From assembly GCA_965224705.1 (NCBI GenBank), contig OZ245056.1, positions 64,001-128,000 of the forward strand: 64,000 bases of DNA, in the 5' to 3' direction. The notes under the pieces are model-generated. The model was not told the origin of the DNA, ran no database searches, and worked only from the letters and a program-made list of their open reading frames with translations. This document shows, in pieces, positions 45,937 through 55,719 of this stretch. Numbering within the stretch: the stretch's first letter is position 1; every line of letters starts with the position of its first letter. The translations under genes and the position numbers were made by a program. The stretch comes from Spirochaetaceae bacterium. Lineage in GTDB: Bacteria > Spirochaetota > Spirochaetia > DSM-2461.

Positions 45937-47621
45937 CCCCTATTTCTCACCAACATAAAACTGCATAAAAAATCTTGGAGAATTTCTGTTCTCTCCCCTA
46001 ATATATCGAACAAAAAGTTTCCAGTTGATTGATCCTTGTTATTTCCGCCCAAATTAAGTCGATTTCTTCTGATTTTCTTCCGTTTTTTCAACCCTCGGGG
46101 CACAGCTTCCCCAAGGAACCCAGATTAGAACTCTCAACTGCTTTTATTACCGCTCAGATGGCCCGGGATGTTCGTATCCAAATGTCCCACCAGGGAAAAC
46201 TCTCCGGAAGACTGATCCAGACTCGGCGAACCGTAATCTTTACAGCGGCTGACACTTTAAGCATTCTTAATCGGATCGTAGAGGACAGGCTCCGGGTTTC
46301 ATCGCCGCTGACCTGCTGAATTGTCTTTCGAAGATGGACAAAGAATATATAGGCGATTGTCGAAAAGTACAATCGGAGCTGATTCGAACTCACCCAATAG
46401 CTGGAGGTGCGGTCGGCAAACAGATAAAGCTGCTGCTCTTTGATGCGATTCTCCATATCGCCGCGTGCACAGTAGACATCTTCATACAGCGATTGGGCAT
46501 CCCCTTCTTCAACAGGTATGTCAGTCACAATAAAGCGGGGATTCTTCTTGCCCGGCAGATGTTCCGCCTTGGCAATGACATCCCGATTGCGACTCCAGCT
46601 GCTTTGGGTCCTCCAGGAAAAACGGGTAAAAACACGTTCGGCTGCTTTGCTCTTAACGAAGAGCTTTTCAGCCTCAGCCATCTGCGGTTCAATTTTCTTC
46701 AGTAGCCGCGTATTTCCTGCCATACCGGTGATATATTTGACTTTTAATATCTCACACTGCTTCAGTATACTCTCACGGCAGAAGTCCGAGTCTCCACGGA
46801 AAATGATACGGACATCAGGAAATCTGGCCCTGATCGCGCCAACCAGCTTGACCAGAATCTCTTCGGTACTCTCACAGGCATCCACGCTGGACGACCGCAG
46901 GCGGGCGATCAGGGGAAAATCATCACAGAACACATAGAGCGGAAGGTAGCAGTAGTGATCGTAATATCCGTGAAAAAACCGCCTCTGCTGCTCGCCGTGG
47001 ATGGGAATGTCAGTGGCATCAAAATCCAGAATCAGGGTTTTCGGCGGCTCCTCGAAACTCTCAAGAAACAGTTGACAGAGCAGCTCTTCAATCCCCTCGG
47101 CATCCCAGGTGATTTTGCTGTACCGGTCCTTGGTTTTTTCATCCAGTTCATGACCGAGTTCCAATCTGTTCAGGGTGCTCTTTCCTGCAGCTGGAGTTTT
47201 ATCATCCCGTCCGCATATATACTGAAGCAGCGGATCATCGCGCAATTGTTCATGATCATTGAGATCTTCATAGCCCTGACAGATTCCGAAGATTCTCTGT
47301 TTCAGAAGAGCACTCAGGCTATGTGTAATTTTTCCCTGATCTCTTTTATCGGTGAAGAAATCTGACAGCTTTTCAATAATTCTGTGCTTCTGCTCAACCT
47401 GCTGGAGCAGAAGAAATCCGGCATCGGAGCTGTTGACCTTGCCGTCATTCTTTACAATAATTTTGCGGGATTTTCCGATTTCCATCCCTTGCAATTCGAG
47501 CTGATGGGCTTTACACTCTGTATTAGCAAAGCGGGCTTCTTTTCGTTTTGTATTTTTTTTCATGTAAATATTTTAGCATGGGAAGCCTGCTTTGTCTCAA
47601 GGTCTTGGTGAGAAATAGGGG
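45937..47621 (-). mobile_element. Intact IS1380-family insertion sequence (1685 bp)
   Basis: Perfect 17-bp TIR CCCCTATTTCTCACCAA, TTAA target duplication on both sides. Confidence 0.93.
46154..47563 (-). CDS. IS1380-family DDE transposase
   Basis: GYEDLNDH..LR.DP, LDFDATD..HG.Q, RGDS.F, YCARGDMENRIKE. Confidence 0.94.
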   Translation of the reverse strand: MKKNTKRKEARFANTECKAHQLELQGMEIGKSRKIIVKNDGKVNSSDAGFLLLQQVEQKHRIIEKLSDFFTDKRDQGKITHSLSALLKQRIFGICQGYEDLNDHEQLRDDPLLQYICGRDDKTPAAGKSTLNRLELGHELDEKTKDRYSKITWDAEGIEELLCQLFLESFEEPPKTLILDFDATDIPIHGEQQRRFFHGYYDHYCYLPLYVFCDDFPLIARLRSSSVDACESTEEILVKLVGAIRARFPDVRIIFRGDSDFCRESILKQCEILKVKYITGMAGNTRLLKKIEPQMAEAEKLFVKSKAAERVFTRFSWRTQSSWSRNRDVIAKAEHLPGKKNPRFIVTDIPVEEGDAQSLYEDVYCARGDMENRIKEQQLYLFADRTSSYWVSSNQLRLYFSTIAYIFFVHLRKTIQQVSGDETRSLSSTIRLRMLKVSAAVKITVRRVWISLPESFPWWDIWIRTSRAI

Positions 47622-47678
47622 TTAACGATGTCATGAATGTCCCGGTTTGAATCTGGGTTGTGGAGTCACTACATTTAG

Positions 47679-48494
47679 ATGGAGAAAGGAAGTACAGGAC
47701 TAATGAATCAGGAAAAATATAGTCAAAGAAGATACGATTTTAAAAACAACATATTTCAATATACATCAATTGTTTTGGTTTGTTTTCTTTATCTCTTTTC
47801 AATAGTACTTTTGCCAAGTTTTAAGAAGTTTTTTCCAGAGGAAGGATGGAGTTATTTTAATGGAATTTTTGGAGTTGTCTTTGGAGTTATATTTTACTTC
47901 GTAACACTGAAAATTTTTAAACTTTTTAATTTAAAAAATATAAAAGAGTTCAAAGATAGGAGATTTTTTTTGAAAAGAAATCTTATAGGATTTATAATAT
48001 CTTTTTCTTTTGTTTTAATTATTAGCTTAGTTTATGTTATAGCTGGAAAGGAATATGAGAAATTTCCCATTTTCTTTTTAACAGCAATTCCGTCATTGGT
48101 CTTTGCTTTAAGACCGGCAATTATAGAGGAAGTAGTTTTCAGGCATACTTTTTTAAATTTTTTCACTATGAAAAATAAAAAATATTTGGGTTTAATTTTA
48201 TCATCTTCAATTTTTGGTTTCATTCATATAGCAAATGCTTTGTTTGGAAAACCAATTTCACCTATGCATTTAATTCTTACATTAGTTTTAGGGTTTTTTA
48301 TGGGAGTCCTCTATTTAGAATTTGGATTAATTCCGGCGATCATTTTCCATTATCTTGCAGATGCGAACTTTGTAAATGCTAAGGATTCAGAATTTATGGT
48401 AGTTTTAATAGTGATTGTTGGAATGATATATTTAGCTGGACTTTTTATTTATCACAGAAAAGAATTAGGAAAGAAATGGTTTAAACTACAGTAG
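47679..48494 (+). CDS. CPBP (CAAX/Abi) intramembrane metalloprotease, very AT-rich
   Basis: EEVVFR, FGFIH, IIFH motifs; multiple TM; start 47679 or 47703. Confidence 0.88.
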   Translation: MEKGSTGLMNQEKYSQRRYDFKNNIFQYTSIVLVCFLYLFSIVLLPSFKKFFPEEGWSYFNGIFGVVFGVIFYFVTLKIFKLFNLKNIKEFKDRRFFLKRNLIGFIISFSFVLIISLVYVIAGKEYEKFPIFFLTAIPSLVFALRPAIIEEVVFRHTFLNFFTMKNKKYLGLILSSSIFGFIHIANALFGKPISPMHLILTLVLGFFMGVLYLEFGLIPAIIFHYLADANFVNAKDSEFMVVLIVIVGMIYLAGLFIYHRKELGKKWFKLQ

Positions 48495-48502
48495 TAATGA
48501 GT

Positions 48503-48590
48503 AGAGCTAATTCAAAAACTCTCGATAAGATATCAGTTAGAGAAAGAATATCGCTCCCCCTGATGTTGCCTCGACTAAATTCTCATTGAA
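48503..48590 (+). repeat. Repeat family C copy
   Basis: AGAGCTAATTCAAAAACTCTCGATAAGATATCAGTTAGAG…. Confidence 0.82.
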
Positions 48591-48726
48591 TATGTTGAAA
48601 ACTGTGTAGCGAATGCGGCCCTTTTTTCATAGTGATTTCAAATGCGAACTACACAATAATTCAATTTGATGAGTTTTGAAGAGGCTCCACTATTTTTATA
48701 AAATAATAATTTTTTGTGAGGCTTTT

Positions 48727-50367
48727 ATGGCAACCATTCAAAACCCCATTCTCCCCGGGTTTAACCCCGATCCCTCCTTCTGCCGCGTGGGTGACGACTA
48801 CTACATCGCCACCTCCACCTTTGAGTGGTTCCCCGGCGTTCAGATCCACCACTCTAAGGATCTGGTAAACTGGAAGCTGATCACCCGCCCCCTGAACACT
48901 GTCAAGCTGCTGGACATGCGCGGCATCGATAACTCCGGCGGTATCTGGGCGCCATGCCTCAACTACGCCGATGGCAAATTCTGGCTGGTCTACACCAACG
49001 TTCAGTCCTGCCGCGGATTTAGCTGGATGAGCACCCCTAACTATGTAATTACTGCCGATGACATTATGGGCCCCTGGTCTGATCCCGTATACCTCAACTC
49101 TACCGGTTTTGACCCCTCTATTTTCCACGACGATGATGGCAGGAAGTACATCGTTAACATGGTTTGGGACGGCCGCGCCGGCACCAACAGCTTTGGCGGC
49201 ATCATCGCACAGGAGTACGATCCCAGGACCGAAAAACTGGTCGGCGAAGTGAAGATGATATGGCCCGGCTCCAGGCTCGGCTGCACTGAGGCTCCCTTTA
49301 TCCTTAAAAAAGATGCTTACTACTACCTGGTTACCGCTGAAGGCGGCACCAACTGGTCACACGCTGTAAGTGTCTGCCGCTCCAGGTCAATCTGGGGGCC
49401 CTATGAGACCCACCCCGAAAATCCCGTTATCACCTCTCGCTTTGCCGAAGATGCCGTTATCCAGCGCGCTGGCCACGGCTTCTTCCAGGAGACCCAAAAC
49501 GGTGAGTGGTACCTGACCCACCTCTGTGGACGCCCCGTTAAAAATCCCCAGGGTTACCAGTACAGTGAAAAATACGCTGGGGGATTTTCTATCCTGGGCC
49601 GCGAAACCGGTATTCAGAAAATCGAATGGCCCGAAGGTGAATGGCCCCGCCTCGCCTGCGGCGGCAACACTCCCGAGGAGTTTGTCCAGGCTCCCAATCT
49701 TCCCGAGCACAAGTGGCCCGAAGAGAACCTCCGCGATGACTTCAGCGGAGATCTCAGCATCCACTTCCAGACTCTGCGCGAGCCCATGGAAGAGTCATGG
49801 ATTAGTCTCAAAGAGAATCCCGGCAAGCTGCGCATCCGCGGCCGCCAGTTCTTCCACTCCTGTTTTGAGCAGTCCATACTGATGCGCCGCATTCAGCACC
49901 ACAGCTGTGAAGCAGAGACATGTCTGGAGTTCAACCCCACTCAGTTCCAGGAGATGGCGGGAATGCTGGTCTACTACAACCGCAGCAACTTCTACTTCCT
50001 TCACCTAACTGCTAATGATGCCGGCAAACGCGTTATCAAAATATCCCGGTTTATCTCCGGCGCTTATGGGGAGTCCAGCCCCGAGATCGAGATCCCCGAT
50101 GGCGCAGTTTACATGAAGACTGCACTGGACGTGCAGTTCTACCAGTTCAGCTACTCTATGGACGGCAAAAACTGGACCGGTATCGGGCCCGCCCTCAACA
50201 GCACCCCCCTCTCCGACGAGATGGGCAACGAGGTGTTCCGCTTCACCGGCTCATTTGTGGGAATGGCTGCCATCGATATCACCGGCGCCAAGAAGCACGC
50301 CGACTTTGACTTCTTTGACTACCGCCCCCTGGAAACAAAGGACAAGACACTTGGTTTTGGATACTGA
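48727..50367 (+). CDS. GH43 beta-xylosidase/arabinofuranosidase
   Basis: NPILPGFNPDPS, STFEWFPG, GIWAP, GFDPS, EAP, AEGGT; C-terminal beta-sandwich ending FTGSFVG. Confidence 0.93.
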   Translation: MATIQNPILPGFNPDPSFCRVGDDYYIATSTFEWFPGVQIHHSKDLVNWKLITRPLNTVKLLDMRGIDNSGGIWAPCLNYADGKFWLVYTNVQSCRGFSWMSTPNYVITADDIMGPWSDPVYLNSTGFDPSIFHDDDGRKYIVNMVWDGRAGTNSFGGIIAQEYDPRTEKLVGEVKMIWPGSRLGCTEAPFILKKDAYYYLVTAEGGTNWSHAVSVCRSRSIWGPYETHPENPVITSRFAEDAVIQRAGHGFFQETQNGEWYLTHLCGRPVKNPQGYQYSEKYAGGFSILGRETGIQKIEWPEGEWPRLACGGNTPEEFVQAPNLPEHKWPEENLRDDFSGDLSIHFQTLREPMEESWISLKENPGKLRIRGRQFFHSCFEQSILMRRIQHHSCEAETCLEFNPTQFQEMAGMLVYYNRSNFYFLHLTANDAGKRVIKISRFISGAYGESSPEIEIPDGAVYMKTALDVQFYQFSYSMDGKNWTGIGPALNSTPLSDEMGNEVFRFTGSFVGMAAIDITGAKKHADFDFFDYRPLETKDKTLGFGY

Positions 50368-50510
50368 GAAGAGTGAAGGGAGAAGTTTGAAGTGTGAAAT
50401 TTATTGCACTTCAGACCTCACCTTCAATAGATCAAAAGATCAAATACAGAAGGACAGGCAGTGGCTTAACATGCTCCATATCCCGTTTTAATAATGCATC
50501 GAGTAGGAGG

Positions 50511-50670
50511 GGCCGCACTGTGCCAAAGTAGTTGTCACAATGAATCAACCAGTCATGAGAGAATACCGTCGGAGAAGCTAATGCTTCTACTCGAATCTTG
50601 GAATACTCGTGAAGCAGAAATGGGTGAATGACTTCGCCGAAATGGCCTACATTCTGAGCATCCTGGGCCA
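50511..50670 (-). mobile_element. IS3-like right-end remnant
   Basis: Same 29-nt terminal repeat as 41912. Confidence 0.5.
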
Positions 50671-50729
50671 TGGGAACAAGAGCTCCGGGCCCTTGTTGAT
50701 CAGAAAGGTGGTGATAAGTCCCGAAAGAA

Positions 50730-51457
50730 GCCGGGAAGAGCACCCTGAACAGATTGGAACTCGGTCATGAACTGGATGAAAAAACCAGGGACCGGTACAG
50801 CAAAATCCCCTGGGATCCCAGGGGATTGAAGGCTTCTCTGTCAACTGTTTCTTGAGAGTTTTGAGGAGCCGCCGAAAACCCTGATTCTGGATTTTGATGC
50901 CACCGACATTCCCATCCACGGAGAGTAGCAGAGTCGGTTTTTTCACGGATATTACGTTCACTACTGCTGCCTTCCGCTCTCTGTGTTCTGTGATGATTTT
51001 TCCCCTGATCGCCCGCCTGCGGTCGTCCGGCGTGGATGCCTATGAGGGTACCGAAGAGATTCTGGTCAAGCTGGTTGGCGCGATCAGGGCCAGATTTCCT
51101 GATGTCCGTATCATTTTCCGTGGAGACTCGGACTTCTGCCGAGAGAGTATTCTGAAACAGTGTGAGGTGATGTCTACTGTGCACGCGGCGATATGGAGAA
51201 TCGCATCAAAGAGCAGCAGCTTCATCTGTTTGCCGACCGCACTTCCACCTGTTGGAGAGTTCAAATCAGCTCCGATTGTCCTTCTCGACAATCGCCTATA
51301 TTTTCTTTGTCCATCTTCGAAAGACAATTCAGCAGGTCATCGGTGATGAAACCCGAAGCCTGTCCTCTACGATCCGATTAAGAATGCTTAAAGTGTCGAC
51401 CGCTGTAAAGATTACGGTTCGCCGAGTCTGGATCAGTCTTCCAGAGAGTTTTCCCTG
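50730..51457 (+). pseudogene. Degraded, internally deleted copy of the IS1380 transposase
   Basis: Segments nearly identical to 46154..47563 (LIARLRSS…RGDSDFCRES, MENRIKEQQL, TVRRVWISLPESFP) with frameshifts and deletions. Confidence 0.9.
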
Positions 51458-51667
51458 AATATCGGATACCAGGGATCATGTTCCCACGGGTACCTTTATG
51501 TCTGTAAGAAAACCGTTTTTTACAGCTTATCTCAATCTGACCAATTCTGCGCAAAGTGTTGAACGCTATCATGGCAATATGAAGAAGAAGGGAAACATCG
51601 ATATCGACAGGGATTACTCAGCCTCTGTTTTTATTAGAAATCAGTGCATGCTGCGCCATCAGAATCT

Positions 51668-53458
51668 TCACGATAACACCGAAGAATGCAGCGCCAGTTC
51701 CTTGCCGCGAAATCCCACACCCAGTACCAGTATTTTATCGGGCTGCCATTTTTCCCGCACACCAGAGAGGTATTTTTTGACCGCCTCACCATACGCGGTT
51801 TTCGCCAGTCTGTGCAGGGAGGTTTTCCTTTTGCTGTTCCCCTGCTTAAACTCGAAAAGAATGGCTTCCTTTGCCTTACCCCCCTCGGAACCTGTTCGGC
51901 GGACCAATACGATGTCCGGACGACCCATGCCGCATTCGCGGTTGCTTTCCACCGTATATTCACCGCCCAGATAGGTTAAGAGGCCCAGTACCAGGCCGTG
52001 GTAGAAATTCTCCCGCCTTGTTTCCTCCTCGTAGGGCTTTGCCGCTGTGTCGTAAAAGCTGACCATGTTGAACAGTATACGGGCGAGATTCCTCTCTATA
52101 GCGGCGCTATTCATCTCACGGACGCCCTGGATGAAATTCAGAAAGGATTCGTTCACCTCCAGATCTTCTTCCAGCCAGGCCTTGATAACTCTTTCATAGA
52201 CGATTTCCACTTCCAGATTGGGAATGGAAATCCTGTAGGTGATGGATGTGCGGACTTGCTGCCGTTCGCTTGCCTTGAGATAGCCTCCATGAAGCAGAAA
52301 ACTCCACACGGCATCCGGATTTCTTTGAATCTGAGGATAGGCAATGTTGCTCATCACCTCTCTTCGAACTTCCTCCCCCTTGAGGAGTTTTTCGATAGTT
52401 TCCCGGCTGTCCCTCCTGTCCAGCTGCAGCACTTCCTTGATGAGCCTGTTGTCGCTGGTGTTCACCCAGTAGGGCTGAAGACCGTCCTTGATGTTTCTGA
52501 AGTAGCTCACCAGACTCCATGGGTTGTAAATGACCGTATCACCGCCGAAGATGTAGCCGTTGTACCACTGGCGAATGCTGTCCATACTGGATTCCAGTTT
52601 GAAGTGTTTCGCCATGGCTTCCACCTCGGGTTCAGTGAATCCGAAGCAGTTCTTCATGGAGTCATTCAGCACGGTGGATACCGCAGGATTGTTGAAATCG
52701 CTGAATATGCTTTCCTGAGCCACTTTAAGTATGCCGATGACCACGGCCTGCTGCAGGCTGGGATTGTCCTTGAAGGTCTGCACCATGAAGCCGCGGATAA
52801 AGTCAATCATCTGGTCATAGAACCCCCTGGCGTAGGCGGATTGCAGAGGGGTGTCATATTCGTCAAGGAGGATGTAGACTTTTTTTCCGTAGGAACGGTG
52901 GAGCCAGGCGGAGAGATGTGCTATGGATTTAGCATAATCTTCATCCGAACCTTCCCGATGAAGAATGCACTCAAAAAATCTTCTTTCATCGTGTTTAAGA
53001 AGATCATTGTCCAGCAGATAATCATGTCTGCTGAATGCAATTGCAATTAAATCCCTGATCGAATTCAAGTTTTCGTCTCTCGATGTCCCCTTCACATTCT
53101 TGAAACTCAAAGCGATAACCGGATACTGGCCCATATATTTACGGCATTCGGGATGTCCGGTTATAAGAAAGCCATCGAAGAGATAGGCGTTGGGAGCAGT
53201 GGGTTCTGGGTTCTGAGTGGTGGCCTGGCTGGGGGGAGGAGTGTTGAAGTGTGCGGTTTGGGACGGCAGAGGAGATTCGAAGAAGTAGCGGATCATGCTT
53301 AAGTTCAATGTTTTACCGAAACGGCGGGGACGGGTAATCAGATGCACTTCGCTTGGATGGTCAATCAAATATCCGATAAGATGGGTTTTATCGACAAAAT
53401 AGCAGTCGTTGTCGATGTATTTCTTGAAATCACTAATGCCCTGTTCCAGTTTTTTCAT
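51668..53458 (-). CDS. AAA-ATPase-like protein with C-terminal PD-(D/E)XK nuclease domain
   Basis: YFVDKT, RPRRFGKTLNLS, LDEYDTP, WYNGY, YNPWS, SNRECGMGRPDI…FEFK; the extension of the computed ORF is MITE-derived. Confidence 0.9.
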   Translation of the reverse strand: MKKLEQGISDFKKYIDNDCYFVDKTHLIGYLIDHPSEVHLITRPRRFGKTLNLSMIRYFFESPLPSQTAHFNTPPPSQATTQNPEPTAPNAYLFDGFLITGHPECRKYMGQYPVIALSFKNVKGTSRDENLNSIRDLIAIAFSRHDYLLDNDLLKHDERRFFECILHREGSDEDYAKSIAHLSAWLHRSYGKKVYILLDEYDTPLQSAYARGFYDQMIDFIRGFMVQTFKDNPSLQQAVVIGILKVAQESIFSDFNNPAVSTVLNDSMKNCFGFTEPEVEAMAKHFKLESSMDSIRQWYNGYIFGGDTVIYNPWSLVSYFRNIKDGLQPYWVNTSDNRLIKEVLQLDRRDSRETIEKLLKGEEVRREVMSNIAYPQIQRNPDAVWSFLLHGGYLKASERQQVRTSITYRISIPNLEVEIVYERVIKAWLEEDLEVNESFLNFIQGVREMNSAAIERNLARILFNMVSFYDTAAKPYEEETRRENFYHGLVLGLLTYLGGEYTVESNRECGMGRPDIVLVRRTGSEGGKAKEAILFEFKQGNSKRKTSLHRLAKTAYGEAVKKYLSGVREKWQPDKILVLGVGFRGKELALHSSVLS

Positions 53459-53520
53459 GCTGCGTATTATAGTGGGAAAAAGAGAAAGAGGACAAGAAGC
53501 AGTAGGCTGAACACACTCTA

Positions 53521-53676
53521 AGAGTCTGTCGGATTTTAAGACTTCAAGGCGATTTTTGATGATTTTTTCCTGATGCAAGGCGACAAAAACTCAAGCGTAG
53601 CTGGGCTCCGTGAGTATTTTGGCAACGCAGCAGCAGGGGGAGAATCGAGCCGTGAGGCGTAAGTCCGACAGATTCC
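53521..53676 (-). mobile_element. MITE-A copy (156 bp)
   Basis: AGAGTCTGTCGGATTT…AAGTCCGACAGATTCC; flanks TA/TG. Confidence 0.9.
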
Positions 53677-53695
53677 TGGGTCTGGGGAATTTCTG

Positions 53696-53724
53696 TTGAC
53701 GGCTCGCTTTTTCCATGATAGGAT
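53696..53724 (+). promoter_or_regulatory. Sigma70-like promoter of the symporter gene
   Basis: TTGACG-17 nt-TAGGAT with extended TG. Confidence 0.5.
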
Positions 53725-53774
53725 AAATTGTTCTCCATAGGAGAAGCCAATCTGTAATTATATGGAGAGAGGAA

Positions 53775-55193
53775 ATGGGTTCAGCACTGATTGTTACTAT
53801 TGTGGTACTCTACCTGCTCATCATGATGGGTGTGGGGTATATGGCCAGCCGGAGGGTCAGTTCCTCATCCGACTTTGCCCTGGCCGGGCGCAATCTGGGG
53901 CCCTGGCTGATAGCGGGGACGCTGGCGGCCACCAACATCGGCGGGGGTACCTCCCTGGGGATTACGGAGAAGGCGTTTGGGCAGTGGGGATCTTCTGCCA
54001 TCTGGTATGTCATTACAGCGGCTATCGCCTTCATTGTTCTAGCCTGGATCGCTCCCAAATTGAGGAGCACCATGTCGGTTACCATATCGGACTACTTTAA
54101 AAAGCGTTACGGTCCTGCCAACAGTCTGGTGACAGCCGTAGTGATGTCCCTCCCCATGATCGGGTTGACAGCGGTTCAAATCATCGCCTCCTCAACGATC
54201 CTCTCGGTGATGACCGGGTGGTCCTACCCTCTTTCAGTCATTGTGGTTACCATTGTTGTGACAATCTATTCCGTTATGGGAGGGCTCTGGGGAATCGCCT
54301 TCACCGACTTTATACAGGCCGCTCTCATTCTGGGGGGAACCCTGCTGGCCGTCCCCTTTGCGATGCAGACCGCCGGAGGGTGGGAGCAGGTCAAGGAGTT
54401 TCTCCCTGCGGAAAAGCTCTCCCTTGTGGAGGGGATCGGAATCAAAACCATCATCTCCCTGACACTGATGTATATCGCCTCCTTTGCGGTGGGACCTGAG
54501 GTTATTCAGCGCTACTACGGGGGACGGGATGAGAAGGCGGTCCGGCAAGGTTCAATTCTGGGCGGGGTTATCTGTATCGCCTACGCCGCCTTTCCGGCCC
54601 TTCTGGGATTGATCGCCTTCAGCATGGTGGAGCAGGGGATGATTGATACAAGCCTGATCACCTCCCACGGTACCCGCTATATTCTGCCGGTTCTGGCGGT
54701 ACAGACCATGCCCCCCGTTCTTGTGGGGCTCCTTTTTGCCGCCCTGATTTCGGCCACCATGTCCAGTGCCGACTCGGATATGCTGGCAGCGGGAACCATC
54801 ATCTCAACCGATATCTACAAGGCTTTCATCAAAAAGGATGCCACCGATGCCCAGCTCCTGGGCATGAACCGAATCATCATGATCCTCTGCGGGCTCCTCT
54901 CCATGGGAATCGCCCTCTCCAATACCGGGAACATCATCACCATTCTGATGTTCAGTTTCTCCCTGAGAGCGGGAGGTGTCTTTATCCCCTATATCGTGGG
55001 ACACTACTGGAACAGGCCGGGGGCGGTCTCCAGTATGGCCAGCCTGATCGTGGGGAGCGCTACGGTGATCCTCTTCCAGCAGATAGAAGGGTTAAACTTT
55101 TTCGGTCTGGATCCTGTGGTCCCGGGAGTGGTTTTCAGTGCGATTATCTTCTTTTTACTGAATGCTCTTCTTAAGGGATATTCTGAAAAGTAG
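53775..55193 (+). CDS. Sodium:solute symporter family protein
   Basis: DFALAGR, YSVMGGL…TDFIQ, SATMSSADS; ~13 TM. Confidence 0.92.
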   Translation: MGSALIVTIVVLYLLIMMGVGYMASRRVSSSSDFALAGRNLGPWLIAGTLAATNIGGGTSLGITEKAFGQWGSSAIWYVITAAIAFIVLAWIAPKLRSTMSVTISDYFKKRYGPANSLVTAVVMSLPMIGLTAVQIIASSTILSVMTGWSYPLSVIVVTIVVTIYSVMGGLWGIAFTDFIQAALILGGTLLAVPFAMQTAGGWEQVKEFLPAEKLSLVEGIGIKTIISLTLMYIASFAVGPEVIQRYYGGRDEKAVRQGSILGGVICIAYAAFPALLGLIAFSMVEQGMIDTSLITSHGTRYILPVLAVQTMPPVLVGLLFAALISATMSSADSDMLAAGTIISTDIYKAFIKKDATDAQLLGMNRIIMILCGLLSMGIALSNTGNIITILMFSFSLRAGGVFIPYIVGHYWNRPGAVSSMASLIVGSATVILFQQIEGLNFFGLDPVVPGVVFSAIIFFLLNALLKGYSEK

Positions 55194-55236
55194 CCCTGTG
55201 GTCTGCATCAAAAACAGCCCGATTTGTAACGGCTCG

Positions 55237-55266
55237 GGAAGGCCCCCCTGGGGGGCCCTCCTTTTT
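55237..55266 (+). terminator. GC-rich hairpin plus T tract after the symporter
   Basis: GGAAGGCCCCCC-T-GGGGGGCCCTCC-TTTTT. Confidence 0.55.
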
Positions 55267-55719
55267 GAGGGAGAGATAGAGATTCCTCAAACGCCTCCGA
55301 CATTCCCTTTACTCCAGCAGAGATCATTTTTCTCAAAAAACATAAAAGATGGACGTCCCTACAAGGAGACACAGGAGTTTTCAATTAATTCGACGATCGA
55401 CTAGAACGGCCCCTGCTTCAACCGATATCCGCTCAGTTAGATCAACACCGTATGCTTCAGGATCTTCTCCCAGAATATTGATTGGAGATTCTTTCAGGTC
55501 GCTTTCGAACCATCACAAAACTTCTTCCATTGCTCTCTGGAGCCTTTTGTAGTGAACATCAAAAAATCAAAGAAGATCAATACAGATGATTTGCAGTCAG
55601 TTGATAAAGCTATTCAAATCCGATGTCCTTACATGCTTGCTTCCACAGTGCCCACCCCGCCACTTGAACACATTGCTCTCAATCTACCATCGCCAATGGG
55701 CATAGGGACAGCAGAACTT

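Noticed and set aside
41912..50539. One large transposon bounded by the IS3-like repeats
   Set aside because: The two 29-nt repeats are in direct, not inverted, orientation; they are more likely ends of two separate relics
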